Below the pieces are notes generated by a model that saw only the letters and a program-made list of their open reading frames with translations, had not been told where the DNA came from and made no database searches. The position numbers and the translations under genes are program-made. Positions 27,481 to 37,428 of a stretch of DNA of 64,000 nucleotides are shown here, one piece after another; the stretch's first letter is position 1, and every line of letters starts with the position of its first letter. Origin of the DNA: a virus (lineage: Duplodnaviria; Heunggongvirae; Uroviricota; Caudoviricetes); the IMG/VR virus record IMGVR_UViG_2718217859_000011, positions 23,757-87,756 of that record; one strand, written 5' to 3'.

Positions 27481-29076
27481 ATGGCACAGCTTGTTGATAT
27501 TTACGGACGCCCGCTGAAACGTGAGGCACTCAAAACCACGCAGTCGGTCAGAGTGGCAGAACGGCTGCGCATTTATCCCGACCACCCGTCCCGTGGTCTG
27601 AATATCAGAAAACTGCCGCGCATTCTGGAAGCTGCCGAACGCGGCTATCTTCCGGCGCAGGCGATGCTGTTTGCGGATATGGAAGAACGTGATGGCCATC
27701 TGTTCGCAGAGATGGAAAAGCGCAAAAAAGCCTTGCTGACGCTGGACTGGTCGGTGGAGCCGCCCCGCAATGCCTCGAAGGCAGAAAAGGAGCTGGCCGC
27801 CGCCGTGGATGAATGGCTGCACGGTATCCCGGACATGGAGGACATCATCCTCAACGGGATGAGTAGTGTCGGTTACGGCTTCAGCTGTCAGGAAATCAGC
27901 TGGGCGTTCGTGGATAAAACGTGGTTACCGGATGCGGTGACGCTGCGCCCGCATAACTGGTTTATTACCCTGCCGGAACACAATGACGAACTCCGCCTTG
28001 ATGACGGCAACCGTGGGGAAGATGGTAAGGACGGCTCCGCACTGTGGCCGTTCGGCTGGCTGGTTCATCGTTACAACGCCCGGTCGGGGTTCCTGGGTTC
28101 ATCCGGCCTGTTCCGCGTACTGGTCTGGCCGTATCTGTTTAAAAACTTTGCGTTGCGTGATATGGCGGAATTTCTGGAGATTTACGGCCTTCCGGCGCGC
28201 ATTGCGTACTATGCACAGGGCACCAGTGACGAAGACCGGGACAACATTCTCGAAGCCCTGGTTAATCTGGGCCATGAAGCGGTGGCAGCCCTGCCGCAGG
28301 GTAACGAAATCGAGTTCAAGGAAGCCGCGTCCGGTGGGCCGGAGGCGTTCATGTCGATGGTGGAATGGGCGGAGCGTACCACCTCAAAAGTGATTCTGGG
28401 CAGTACGCTGACCAGCCAGGCTGACGGTAAAACCTCCACCAACGCGCTGGGTAATGTGCATAACGAGGTCCGGCACGACATTCTGGCCGCCGATGCGCGC
28501 CAGCTGTCCGGCATGTTCAGCAGCCTGATACAGATGATGGCCAGCCTCAACGGCTGGCAGGATATCCCGCCACGCCGTCTGCCGCGTCTGGTGTTTGATG
28601 TGCAGCAGGAAGCCGACATTAAGGGGGTGGCGGAAGCCGTCAGTGTGCTGGTCAACAATGTGGGAATGAAGGATATCCCGGTGTCGTGGGTGCGCAAAAA
28701 AACCGGTATCCCCACCCCGAAAGACGGCGAAGAGGTACTGGTTCCGGTGGCACAGCGTCTCCCTGTGCAGGCCGGTCTCAGCCAGCTGCGTGAGCGGATG
28801 AATGTTGCCGCACTCAGTCAGCAGGACAACGGGGAGGACGACCCGGCACAGCGCGCCATCGACCGGGCAGCACTTCCGGCAGAGGCCATCGCGCAGGGAA
28901 TGAACGAACTGGTGGCCCCGCTGGTGCAGGCCATACAGGAAGGCCGGAATGCAGACGAGGTCATGAACGTACTGGCGGATGCATGGACGGAGCTGCCGGA
29001 TGACACACTGCGGCAGTTGCTGGCGCAGGCATTCTTTGTGGCGGATATCTGGGGGCGACTGAATGCCGACAGCTGA
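27481..29076 (+). CDS. Portal protein (Mu gp29/H-like)
   Basis: 531 aa; position after the terminase. Confidence 0.75.
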   Translation: MAQLVDIYGRPLKREALKTTQSVRVAERLRIYPDHPSRGLNIRKLPRILEAAERGYLPAQAMLFADMEERDGHLFAEMEKRKKALLTLDWSVEPPRNASKAEKELAAAVDEWLHGIPDMEDIILNGMSSVGYGFSCQEISWAFVDKTWLPDAVTLRPHNWFITLPEHNDELRLDDGNRGEDGKDGSALWPFGWLVHRYNARSGFLGSSGLFRVLVWPYLFKNFALRDMAEFLEIYGLPARIAYYAQGTSDEDRDNILEALVNLGHEAVAALPQGNEIEFKEAASGGPEAFMSMVEWAERTTSKVILGSTLTSQADGKTSTNALGNVHNEVRHDILAADARQLSGMFSSLIQMMASLNGWQDIPPRRLPRLVFDVQQEADIKGVAEAVSVLVNNVGMKDIPVSWVRKKTGIPTPKDGEEVLVPVAQRLPVQAGLSQLRERMNVAALSQQDNGEDDPAQRAIDRAALPAEAIAQGMNELVAPLVQAIQEGRNADEVMNVLADAWTELPDDTLRQLLAQAFFVADIWGRLNADS

Positions 29077-30229
29077 CGATGTTGACCTGGGGTATGCGTA
29101 CACACTGAAACCGGAAGAAGCGATTAAGTATTTCGAAAGTAAGGGATACGTTATCGGCTTCCGCTGGCACGATGTGAAGGATATCGCCAACGCCCGGGCG
29201 TTCACGGTGGCGGGCGTGCTGAAACTGGATGTGCTGAAGGATATCCGTGATGGCCTGACGGCCGCACTGGCTGACGGCGGGACGTTCCGGGAGTTTGCTG
29301 CACAACTGGAGCCACTGCTGGAGAAAAAAGGCTGGCTGGGTAAAAAACTGATTGTGGACGAGGACACCGGCGAACTGCACGGCAGACAGCTGACGCCGCG
29401 CCGGTTGCGCACGATATTTGATACCAACATTCAGTCGTCCTACAACGCCGGACGTTATCAGCAACAGATGGCGAACGTGGCCGACCGGCCTTATTTTGAG
29501 CGCGTGGCGGTGATGGACCTTCACACACGCCCGAAACACGCCGCCCTGAACGGCTTTACCGCCCGGGCGGATGACCCGGTCTGGGAGTATTTCTACGCCC
29601 CTGACGGGTACGGATGCCGCTGCCGTATCCGGGCGCGTTCGGCGTCTGATGTGGAGAAATATGGCCTGACGGTGCAGAGCAGCGAGGGGCGACTGGTTGA
29701 GGTTGAGCAGGAATATGGCCAGCCGGGCCTGACCATCAGAACAATGGGACTGAAGATGCCGGACGGCTCCGTGTATACCGCCGACCCGGGCTTCGGATTT
29801 AATCCCGGTCGGGTGGCATGGCAGCCGGAACTGGAGAAATATGATTACCGCAGTGCCCGCCAGTATGTCACCGGCACTCTGACCGGGCCGGATTTTGCCC
29901 GGGGACTGGCGAACGTCAGCGAACTGGATGCGCGCCAGCGATATCCGCTGGCCATCCGTTCACCGGAACAGGTCGCCGCCACGGGCGCTGCACGGCAGAC
30001 GGTAAACCTTACGGCTGACGTTATGAAGCGCCTCAGTGCAACAGACACGCCCCCGGCCGCCGCCGACTATGTGCTGATGCAGCAGACCATCGAACGGGCG
30101 GAGCATGTCACGCAGGACGGCAACGCGTGGCGGTATGCGTTACAGTCGGGCGACCGCTGGTCAGTGGCGACGGTTGAGGATGACGTGCTGACAGACTGGG
30201 TTATGCAGGATACCCCGGAGGCATCATGA
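29063..30229 (+). CDS. Head morphogenesis protein (Mu F/gp30-like)
   Basis: 388 aa; overlaps the portal stop. Confidence 0.7.
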   Translation: MPTADDVDLGYAYTLKPEEAIKYFESKGYVIGFRWHDVKDIANARAFTVAGVLKLDVLKDIRDGLTAALADGGTFREFAAQLEPLLEKKGWLGKKLIVDEDTGELHGRQLTPRRLRTIFDTNIQSSYNAGRYQQQMANVADRPYFERVAVMDLHTRPKHAALNGFTARADDPVWEYFYAPDGYGCRCRIRARSASDVEKYGLTVQSSEGRLVEVEQEYGQPGLTIRTMGLKMPDGSVYTADPGFGFNPGRVAWQPELEKYDYRSARQYVTGTLTGPDFARGLANVSELDARQRYPLAIRSPEQVAATGAARQTVNLTADVMKRLSATDTPPAAADYVLMQQTIERAEHVTQDGNAWRYALQSGDRWSVATVEDDVLTDWVMQDTPEAS

Positions 30230-30777
30230 GCAACGGTAAACTGGATATTAAGATTGATTTAAGCGCGTATAACACCACGCTGGGGAAACTGATTCGTTCC
30301 GTGAAGGACCGGCGCGATCTGATGACGGCACTTGCGGGTTCCATGCTGGATGCGGTTGAGACTAACTTTGAACAACAGGGGCGCCCGAAATGGATGGGCT
30401 GGAGTCCGGCTTATGCGAAACGGCGCGGCCCCGGGCAAATCCTTCAGAAATCCGGGCGACTGGCTGCCAGTATCCGCTCTGCGGTTAACAATAACGAGGC
30501 CACGGTCGGGACAAACGTCCGTTATGCCCGTATCCACAACGAAGGCGGCGAAATCCGCCATCAGGCACGGACGCAGAACCTGTATTTTAAACAGTACAAA
30601 AACGGCAGCGTCAGCACCCGCTTTGTGAAAAAGCGCAACAGTAATTTTGTGCAGAGCGCAACGGTCGGAGCGTATACGGTCAACATGCCCGCGCGCCCCT
30701 TCCTTCAGCTTGTACAGGACGACATCGACGAGCTGGAGAACACCGCAAACCGCTATTTTGCGCGTGTGATTGACTGA
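30226..30777 (+). CDS. Virion morphogenesis protein (Mu G-like)
   Basis: 183 aa; ATGA overlap with F. Confidence 0.6.
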   Translation: MSNGKLDIKIDLSAYNTTLGKLIRSVKDRRDLMTALAGSMLDAVETNFEQQGRPKWMGWSPAYAKRRGPGQILQKSGRLAASIRSAVNNNEATVGTNVRYARIHNEGGEIRHQARTQNLYFKQYKNGSVSTRFVKKRNSNFVQSATVGAYTVNMPARPFLQLVQDDIDELENTANRYFARVID

Positions 30778-30932
30778 ATGACCACAAACGCGCTGTAATC
30801 GTCTGTGGCAACATAAACGCCTCACGGATGAGGCATTACAGCACCGCACCCCGTAAATGCTGTCAGAATCGTTTTTAAAAGGGTTTTAAAAACGGTTTTA
30901 TTTCCCCTTTTATCCTTTCGCGTTATGGCTGG

Positions 30933-32102
30933 GTGCTGAACACCCTCCACAGTACCCCGTGTTCCCCTTCCGTCATCATGCCGCGTATGAAACTGAACAT
31001 TGCGGCGTTAAGCCTCGAAATTACTAAAGCAACCCACAGCGAAATCCAGCTGTTTCCGGCGGGCGAGTTCAGCGCGGTGGATGGTCGCCCACATACCGAT
31101 GAAGTCGAAAGCGGTAAATGGGTGCTGACCGCTGAACTGGCCGCGCAGCTTGTCGCGCAGGTGGCCGCCCGTACCACGCCTTTTGTCATTGATTACGAAC
31201 ATCAGACGCTGCGCGCCGTAAACAACGGCAAGCCCGCCCCGGCGGCGGGCTGGTTCAGCCAGGTGGAATGGCGAGAAGGCGCGGGCCTGTATGCCACCGG
31301 TGTGGAGTGGACGGATAACGCGGTGGCCATGATTGCCGCCGGTGAGTACAAATTTATTTCCCCTGTTTTTGCCTACAACAAGCGCGGCGAAGTGCTGGAG
31401 CTGTTACATGCTGCGCTGACCAATACCCCGGCGCTCGACGGTATGGACGCGGTCATGCTGGCTGCGGCCAGCCGTCTGGCGAGTCTGTCAACTGAAACGG
31501 AGAACACAACGGTGGATGAAGAACTGTTAAACGACTTGCTGTCCAGTCTGCGCTGGATGCTTAACCTCCCGGTTACCTCAACGGCGGAAGATATCAAAAA
31601 CGAGCTGCAAAAGGTCGTTGACATGATTTCGAACGGTCAGGGAACGGCGGCGGCATCCGTCAGCCTGCTGGCCCTGCTGAATCAGAAAGACGAGCAAATC
31701 GCCAGCCTGTCAGCCAGTGCCTATGACCCGTCAAAACACATTTCCCTTGCGGCCTTTGAAGAACTTCAGGGGCGTTATGCCGCACTGGCGCAACAGTCCG
31801 GTGAGGCCGAAGCCGGGGCACTGATTCAGGCGGCGCTGTCTGACGGGCGACTGCTTCCGGCGCAGGAAGACTGGGCGAAAGATTACGCCAGCCGCGATAT
31901 CAACGGCTTTAAGTCCTGGCTGGATAACGCACCAAAACTTGTTGCACTCAGTCAGACCCAGACCGGCGGTAAACCACCCCAAACGCCGTCGCCTGCCCCG
32001 GCGCAGATTAAAACCGGTGATGACATCGATGTCGATATCGCCATTTGTTCAATGATGGGCGTTGATCCAGAGGATGTCGCCCGTTACGCAGGAGACAAGT
32101 AA
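30933..32102 (+). CDS. Head protease/scaffold (Mu I-like); N-terminus uncertain
   Basis: 389-aa frame starting at GTG 30933 (alternative ATG starts at 30978/30987); precedes the major head gene. Confidence 0.6.
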   Translation: MLNTLHSTPCSPSVIMPRMKLNIAALSLEITKATHSEIQLFPAGEFSAVDGRPHTDEVESGKWVLTAELAAQLVAQVAARTTPFVIDYEHQTLRAVNNGKPAPAAGWFSQVEWREGAGLYATGVEWTDNAVAMIAAGEYKFISPVFAYNKRGEVLELLHAALTNTPALDGMDAVMLAAASRLASLSTETENTTVDEELLNDLLSSLRWMLNLPVTSTAEDIKNELQKVVDMISNGQGTAAASVSLLALLNQKDEQIASLSASAYDPSKHISLAAFEELQGRYAALAQQSGEAEAGALIQAALSDGRLLPAQEDWAKDYASRDINGFKSWLDNAPKLVALSQTQTGGKPPQTPSPAPAQIKTGDDIDVDIAICSMMGVDPEDVARYAGDK

Positions 32103-32498
32103 ATGGATCGCAATACCCCCTATCGTGACGGCGAGCTGAACCCGGTGCCGGTTGCCGCTGCGACCGAAATTTTTGGCGGCCATATGGTGGCCGTTAACGC
32201 ATCCGGTTATGCCGTTCCGGCCAGTGCCACGGCCTCACAGATTACGCTGGGCGTGTCTGATGGCTGGGTGGATAACAGCACCGGCAGCGATGGCGACGCC
32301 ACCGTTCTGGTGCGTTGCGGCAAAGCCTTTCTGATGGCGAACAGCACCTCAGACCCGGTCACGCAATCGCAGGTCGGCAAGGTGTGCTACGTGGAAGACA
32401 GCGTGACCGTGGCAAAAACCGACAACAGCAGCGCCCGCCCTGTCGCCGGGAAAATAATCGGCATCGGTGACGATGGCGTCTGGGTTCATTTCAGTTAA
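32103..32498 (+). CDS. Hypothetical head-associated protein (131 aa)
   Basis: Directly between the protease/scaffold and major head genes. Confidence 0.4.
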   Translation: MDRNTPYRDGELNPVPVAAATEIFGGHMVAVNASGYAVPASATASQITLGVSDGWVDNSTGSDGDATVLVRCGKAFLMANSTSDPVTQSQVGKVCYVEDSVTVAKTDNSSARPVAGKIIGIGDDGVWVHFS

Positions 32499-32508
32499 GG
32501 AGCAAAAC

Positions 32509-33417
32509 GTGATAGTCAACGTTAAAAACGTCAAACAGATTTTTATCAATCTGAAGGCCACCTTCCAGAAAGCCTTCGACCAGTCACCAACTGACTGGCA
32601 GAAGGTGGCAATGGAAGTGCCATCAAACGGCAAGGAGAACGACTACAGCTGGTTAAGTCGTTTCCCGAAAATGCGCGAGTGGATTGGTGACAAGGTCGTT
32701 AAATCACTGGCGGCATTTAACTACACCATCCGTAACAAGGACTGGGAAGCCACGGTTGAAGTCGATCGTAACGACATCGAGGACGACCAGATTATGGGCT
32801 ATGCCCTTCAGGCGAAAGGGGCCGGACAGTCGGCGGCAGAGCTACCAGCAGATATTGTGGCGTCCCTTATCAGTAACGGTTTTACCAATCCCTGTTACGA
32901 CGGCCAGCCGTTCTTTGATACCGACCACCTGGTCGCCGGTAAATCGGTGTCCAACAAAGGCACCAAAAAACTCAAAGTTGGCTCGCTTGCCGAGGCGAAA
33001 GCCTCCTACGGTGCCGCCCGTACATCCATGCGCAGCCTGAAAGATGACGAAGGCGCATCCCTTAAAATTCGCCCGAATCTGCTGGTTGTGCCACCGGCGC
33101 TGGAAGATGACGCGAACTACCTGATGACCGCCGAGAAGTTCCCGGACGGTACGCCGAACCCGTACCGCAACACCGCCGACGTGCTGGTGATGCCGGAGCT
33201 GGCGTCGGATTCTGCATGGTTCCTGTTTGACACCACCAAACCGGTGAAACCGCTGATTTATCAGCTGCGTAAAAAGCCTGTTTTTGTGGAGCAGACGGAC
33301 TACAGCAGCGACAACGTGTTCGCGCGTAAGAAGTTCCTGTTTGGTGCCGAAGCGCGCTGTAACGGCGGTTACGGCTTCTGGCAGATGGCATTTGGTTCTG
33401 ATGGTACGACGGAGTAA
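32509..33417 (+). CDS. Major head subunit (Mu T/gp34-like)
   Basis: GTG start at 32509 with AAGGAG RBS at 32497-32502. Confidence 0.7.
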   Translation: MIVNVKNVKQIFINLKATFQKAFDQSPTDWQKVAMEVPSNGKENDYSWLSRFPKMREWIGDKVVKSLAAFNYTIRNKDWEATVEVDRNDIEDDQIMGYALQAKGAGQSAAELPADIVASLISNGFTNPCYDGQPFFDTDHLVAGKSVSNKGTKKLKVGSLAEAKASYGAARTSMRSLKDDEGASLKIRPNLLVVPPALEDDANYLMTAEKFPDGTPNPYRNTADVLVMPELASDSAWFLFDTTKPVKPLIYQLRKKPVFVEQTDYSSDNVFARKKFLFGAEARCNGGYGFWQMAFGSDGTTE

Positions 33418-33420
33418 TGC

Positions 33421-33762
33421 ATGGAAAAGGTGATTGAAATTACCGCCCGCCGTGAAGGTTTTCGCCGCTGCGGTGTGGCGCACAGTGCAACCACGAAGGC
33501 ATGGCCTGCGGATGCGTTCACCCCGGAACAGCTGGCGGTGCTGAAGGCTGACCCCATGCTGATTGTGGTGGAGCGCGATAAAGCGTCCGGCCAGAACGAC
33601 GCGCTCCGGGGTGATGAACTGGCCGCACAGCTTGATGCCGAGCGTCAGAAAGTCAGCGAACTGACGGCGCAACTGGAAGAAGAGCGCCAGAAAGTCAGTG
33701 AACTGACCGCACGGCTGAACGCCGCACAGAAAACACAAAAAGCGGACAAAAAGGAGAAGTAA
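33421..33762 (+). CDS. Hypothetical head-tail region protein with coiled coil (113 aa)
   Basis: Repeated ELTAQLEEERQKVSELTA segment. Confidence 0.4.
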   Translation: MEKVIEITARREGFRRCGVAHSATTKAWPADAFTPEQLAVLKADPMLIVVERDKASGQNDALRGDELAAQLDAERQKVSELTAQLEEERQKVSELTARLNAAQKTQKADKKEK

Positions 33763-33765
33763 CCC

Positions 33766-34197
33766 ATGTCTTACGCCACACCGGAACAGTTCATCAGGGC
33801 GTTCAGTGAACGCGAGGCACGCACACTGACGGATGAAGACATGACGGGATTCATCGACGAAGAAAAGCTGGCCTCCGCGCTTGCGCGTGCCAGTGCCCAG
33901 ATTGATGGCTATCTGGTGGGGCGTTACCGGACCCCGTGGCCTGACAGCCCGGGGATTCTGGTGGGTTACTGCTGCGATATCGCCCGTTATCACCTGGCGA
34001 CCGATTACCGTATCTGCTCAGAAGAAATTCAGATGCGCTACCGGGACGCCATCCGCTTTCTGGAGAAAGTCGCGGCAGGACAAATCAACCTCGGACGGGA
34101 TACGTCCGGCAGCGTGATCCAGTCATCGTCACAGGTGCGTATCCGCTCCGGCTCCCGTCAGTTCGGGCGTGAGTCCACGCGGGGAGGTGCATTCTGA
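33766..34197 (+). CDS. Head-tail joining protein (Mu gp36-like)
   Basis: 143 aa; position and size. Confidence 0.55.
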   Translation: MSYATPEQFIRAFSEREARTLTDEDMTGFIDEEKLASALARASAQIDGYLVGRYRTPWPDSPGILVGYCCDIARYHLATDYRICSEEIQMRYRDAIRFLEKVAAGQINLGRDTSGSVIQSSSQVRIRSGSRQFGRESTRGGAF

Positions 34198-34250
34198 TTA
34201 CTGAAATTGAACGGGCGCTGGTTGAGCGTCTGCGCTGTGGTCTGGGGCAT

Positions 34251-34847
34251 ATGGTGCAGGATGTCCGCACCTATGCCGGTGAACTGGATGAAGACCCGGG
34301 CCGGATTGTTCGCAGCCTTCCGGCAGCCTGGGTGACGTTCGGCGGCATCGTGAAAACCGAACGCTATTCCACGTCACGCCGGAAATACATTGCCACCGGA
34401 CGCTTTGTGGTTGTGGTGGGTGATTACAACACCCGCAGCGAACAGAGCGCCAGACAGGGAGGCACCGTCCGGGATGAAGTCGGGACAAACCTGCTGGTTG
34501 AATCCGTCCGCCGTCTGCTGACCGGTCAGGATTTGGGGCTGGAGATTGATTATTTCGAACCCGGGCGGGTCAGGACGCTGTTTAACACCGGCGTGGCAGA
34601 GCGGGCAATGTCCGTATTTGCCTGTGAGTTCGATACCCGCTGGGTGGAGCACGCGCTGGAGAACGGCAAATGGCCGGAGCGCGGCGCAGAAGCGGACCGC
34701 CTCTTCAACCGCTACCACGGCAGGCTGTCAGACCCTGACCCGGAACTGCTGAACCTTGGCATCCTGTACCAGATGCAGGACAGCGACGCTGAAATATCAG
34801 GGCTGACTGAATTAAGAGAGCAACAGCATGAACAAAATGAAGGTTAA
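34251..34847 (+). CDS. Mu gp37-like protein; start may lie upstream
   Basis: 198 aa from ATG 34251; frame open upstream to 34194. Confidence 0.5.
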   Translation: MVQDVRTYAGELDEDPGRIVRSLPAAWVTFGGIVKTERYSTSRRKYIATGRFVVVVGDYNTRSEQSARQGGTVRDEVGTNLLVESVRRLLTGQDLGLEIDYFEPGRVRTLFNTGVAERAMSVFACEFDTRWVEHALENGKWPERGAEADRLFNRYHGRLSDPDPELLNLGILYQMQDSDAEISGLTELREQQHEQNEG

Positions 34848-35070
34848 GGCGGCTCCCGGGATGAAGTTCCCGATGGAGGATAACGCCCGGAAATACATCA
34901 CCACGGAAGCAGTGACCGTTGAGAACACCGCTTATTACCGGCGCGCCGTTCAGGACGGTGACCTGATTCTGGTGAAGGATGAGCCTGAAACCACCGTGAC
35001 GGCTGAACAGGACGCCGTGCAGGTAAAAGCGAAGGCGAAGAGAGAGAAACAGGTGGATTCCGATGAGTGA
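34828..35070 (+). CDS. Hypothetical protein (80 aa) preceding the sheath gene
   Basis: Small ORF with conserved synteny position. Confidence 0.4.
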   Translation: MNKMKVKAAPGMKFPMEDNARKYITTEAVTVENTAYYRRAVQDGDLILVKDEPETTVTAEQDAVQVKAKAKREKQVDSDE

Positions 35071-36484
35071 AATTCAGTTTGACACCATTTCGGGCGGCAT
35101 CCGTAAGCCCGGTGTGCATTTTGAGTTCAATACCCGGCTGGCCGTTAACACGCTGCCGGGTAACGAACAGCGTGTTCTGGTGATTGGCCCGATGCTGTCA
35201 GGCGGCACCGCCACGCCCCTGAATGCGGTTTCCGTGTATTCCGAAGACGAAGCGGATTTGTATTTCGGGGCCGGTTCGCTGGCCGCTGCAATGGCGCGCG
35301 CGGCTATTAATGCCAACAGCTATCTGCAACTGGATGTTATCGGTATTGCAGACAGTGGCGCAGGAAAGGCAGCAACCGGCGCGGTTACCGTCAACGGTAC
35401 GGCAATCAGCAGCGGCACACTGTCGGTATGGGTTGCTGGTGAGCAGGTCACGGTGGATGTGGAAACCGGCGATGAACCGTCGAAAATCATTCCTGCACTG
35501 GTGGAGGCAATGACGCAGACGCCATCGCTTCTGGTCACGGGGGAATACAAATCAGAAGCCTCTCAGCTGACGGTGACCACCCGGACCAAAGGAGCCTGGG
35601 GGAATGACATTACCCTGTCAGCATCCACCACGGCAGGTGGTCTGACCGTGAGCGCCACGCCGATGGCGAACGGTGAAATGGACCCGGATATTCAGCCCGC
35701 ACTGGATGCGGTCTTTGCCGCCGGTCACAACATTCTGATTTGTCCGTTCAGTACCACGCCAGCCCTTGCCGCCCTGAAGCAGCATCTGGAGAAAACCGGG
35801 AACGCGATGGAACAGCGCGGCGCGATTGGCTGTGCGGGCTGGACGGGCAGTCTCGGAAACGGGATCACCCTGGCAGCCGGTGTGAACAGCGGGCGCGTGT
35901 CCGTCCCCTGGTATCGCGGCTCCGTGAAGCTGCCAGCGGTACTGGCTGCCATCTACGGCGCTGTGATGGCGGGCGAGGAAGACCCGGCGCGTCCGCTGAA
36001 CTCGCTGGCGCTGTCCGGGCTGGATGTGGTCGCCATGTCACAGCGTGAAAGCCGTAACGAGCAGGAAAACGCCCTGCATAACGGCCTGACGCCGGTTGAG
36101 GTTGGCCCGGGTAACACGGTGCAGATTGTGCGTGCGGTCAGTACGTACACGGTTAACGCACAGGGCGTGACTGACGTCTCGTTACTGGATATCACGTCCA
36201 TCAGAACGCTGGACTACACCCGCAAGGCGTGCCGCGAACGCATCAGCCTTCGCTTCCCGCGCGAAAAACTCAGCACCCGCACTATCGCAAAAGTGGAAAG
36301 CGAACTGTATGACGTGCTGATTAAGCTGGAGGAAGCGGAAATTCTGGAGAACGTGGAAGCGAACAAGGCAAAGCTGCGCGTTCAGCGAAACGGGAAAGAT
36401 GCAAACCGTCTCGACTGCGTGGTTCCGGCGGATGTGGTTAACGGCCTGCATGTGTTTGCCGGTCGCATCGACATGATTTTGTAA
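35063..36484 (+). CDS. Tail sheath protein (Mu L-like)
   Basis: 473 aa; followed by tube, chaperone and tape-measure genes. Confidence 0.8.
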   Translation: MSEIQFDTISGGIRKPGVHFEFNTRLAVNTLPGNEQRVLVIGPMLSGGTATPLNAVSVYSEDEADLYFGAGSLAAAMARAAINANSYLQLDVIGIADSGAGKAATGAVTVNGTAISSGTLSVWVAGEQVTVDVETGDEPSKIIPALVEAMTQTPSLLVTGEYKSEASQLTVTTRTKGAWGNDITLSASTTAGGLTVSATPMANGEMDPDIQPALDAVFAAGHNILICPFSTTPALAALKQHLEKTGNAMEQRGAIGCAGWTGSLGNGITLAAGVNSGRVSVPWYRGSVKLPAVLAAIYGAVMAGEEDPARPLNSLALSGLDVVAMSQRESRNEQENALHNGLTPVEVGPGNTVQIVRAVSTYTVNAQGVTDVSLLDITSIRTLDYTRKACRERISLRFPREKLSTRTIAKVESELYDVLIKLEEAEILENVEANKAKLRVQRNGKDANRLDCVVPADVVNGLHVFAGRIDMIL

Positions 36485-36496
36485 GGAGCGCGGTAA

Positions 36497-36871
36497 ATGT
36501 CCATTAAAGAATATGTCGGCTCGATTGTGCTGGAGGTGGACAGCCAGGAAATCGAGATCACCGACTTCGATGTTCAGATCAACACCGGGCGAAAGCTGGT
36601 CAAGACCATGAACAAAACTGGCAGGGCAAAAGGCTTTGCCCGTGGCATTGCCACTTACGATATTTCAGTTTCGGCGGTTATCCCTGATACCAACGAGCCG
36701 GACTGGGAAAATCTGGAAGGTGTGAAAATTTCAATTTATCCGCTCAGCAACAGCGGCAAGCGCACCTCCTATCTGGACTGCTTCACTGTTGAAGTGGGTG
36801 AGAAATACACCGTCGACAGTGAAGCGAAAATTGATATCAAAATGGCTGCACTCAGGAAGGTGACAGGATGA
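36497..36871 (+). CDS. Tail tube protein (Mu M-like)
   Basis: 124 aa directly after the sheath gene. Confidence 0.75.
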   Translation: MSIKEYVGSIVLEVDSQEIEITDFDVQINTGRKLVKTMNKTGRAKGFARGIATYDISVSAVIPDTNEPDWENLEGVKISIYPLSNSGKRTSYLDCFTVEVGEKYTVDSEAKIDIKMAALRKVTG

Positions 36872-37251
36872 CTTTGATTAATACACAGACCGGCGAACTG
36901 TCTGATGGCGTGGTATTTAACGGCACCGTTCATAAAAACTTTGAGCTGCGTCTGCCGGTCATGCGTGATAACGGGCAGGCACTGGAAGAAACCGAAGAAC
37001 GCTTTCAGACGGTGGACGGCTTCGCGGCAGATTATTACTACCGTTGCGCAGTGATGGCGGCAACGCTGGTCCGTCTTGGGGATATCCCGCAGGAAGAACT
37101 GACGGCGGATCTGTTGCACGACAACATGACGCCGGACGATTTTAATATTCTGCTGGCATCACGCAACGTCCTGAAGGTAAAGCGGAACGGCGGGAATCCC
37201 GGCTCGCCGGACTCCGGCTCGCAGTCCTTATCCTCGGGCGCTACGGAATAA
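36868..37251 (+). CDS. Tail assembly chaperone
   Basis: 127 aa between the tube and tape-measure genes. Confidence 0.55.
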   Translation: MTLINTQTGELSDGVVFNGTVHKNFELRLPVMRDNGQALEETEERFQTVDGFAADYYYRCAVMAATLVRLGDIPQEELTADLLHDNMTPDDFNILLASRNVLKVKRNGGNPGSPDSGSQSLSSGATE

Positions 37252-37428
37252 CCGAAGAGCAAATCATGACCATGAGCCGTCCCGAGCTGGACGGCTGGCT
37301 TGCCGCCGTTGACAGGCTGAACGGCGGCGGTTCAGGAAGAAAGGACACCTCACAGACCACCCGCCAGTCATTTAAATCCCTCAGAAAGAAACGCAGAAAA
37401 GGTAAGCAGAAAAATGGCCGGTAATTTC
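37146..37428 (+). other. -1 frame extension overlapping the chaperone 3' end (candidate programmed frameshift product)
   Basis: -1 frame open from 37146 to a stop at 37426-37428, bridging the chaperone stop and overlapping the tape-measure start. Confidence 0.3.

Noticed and set aside
28384-29430. 348-aa minus-strand ORF
   Set aside because: Lies entirely antisense to the portal gene and is rich in Ser/Arg/Pro/Cys; typical antisense artefact of GC-rich coding DNA.
32842-33993. 383-aa minus-strand ORF
   Set aside because: Antisense to the major head and neighbouring genes; low-complexity Arg/Gly/His-rich translation; no RBS.
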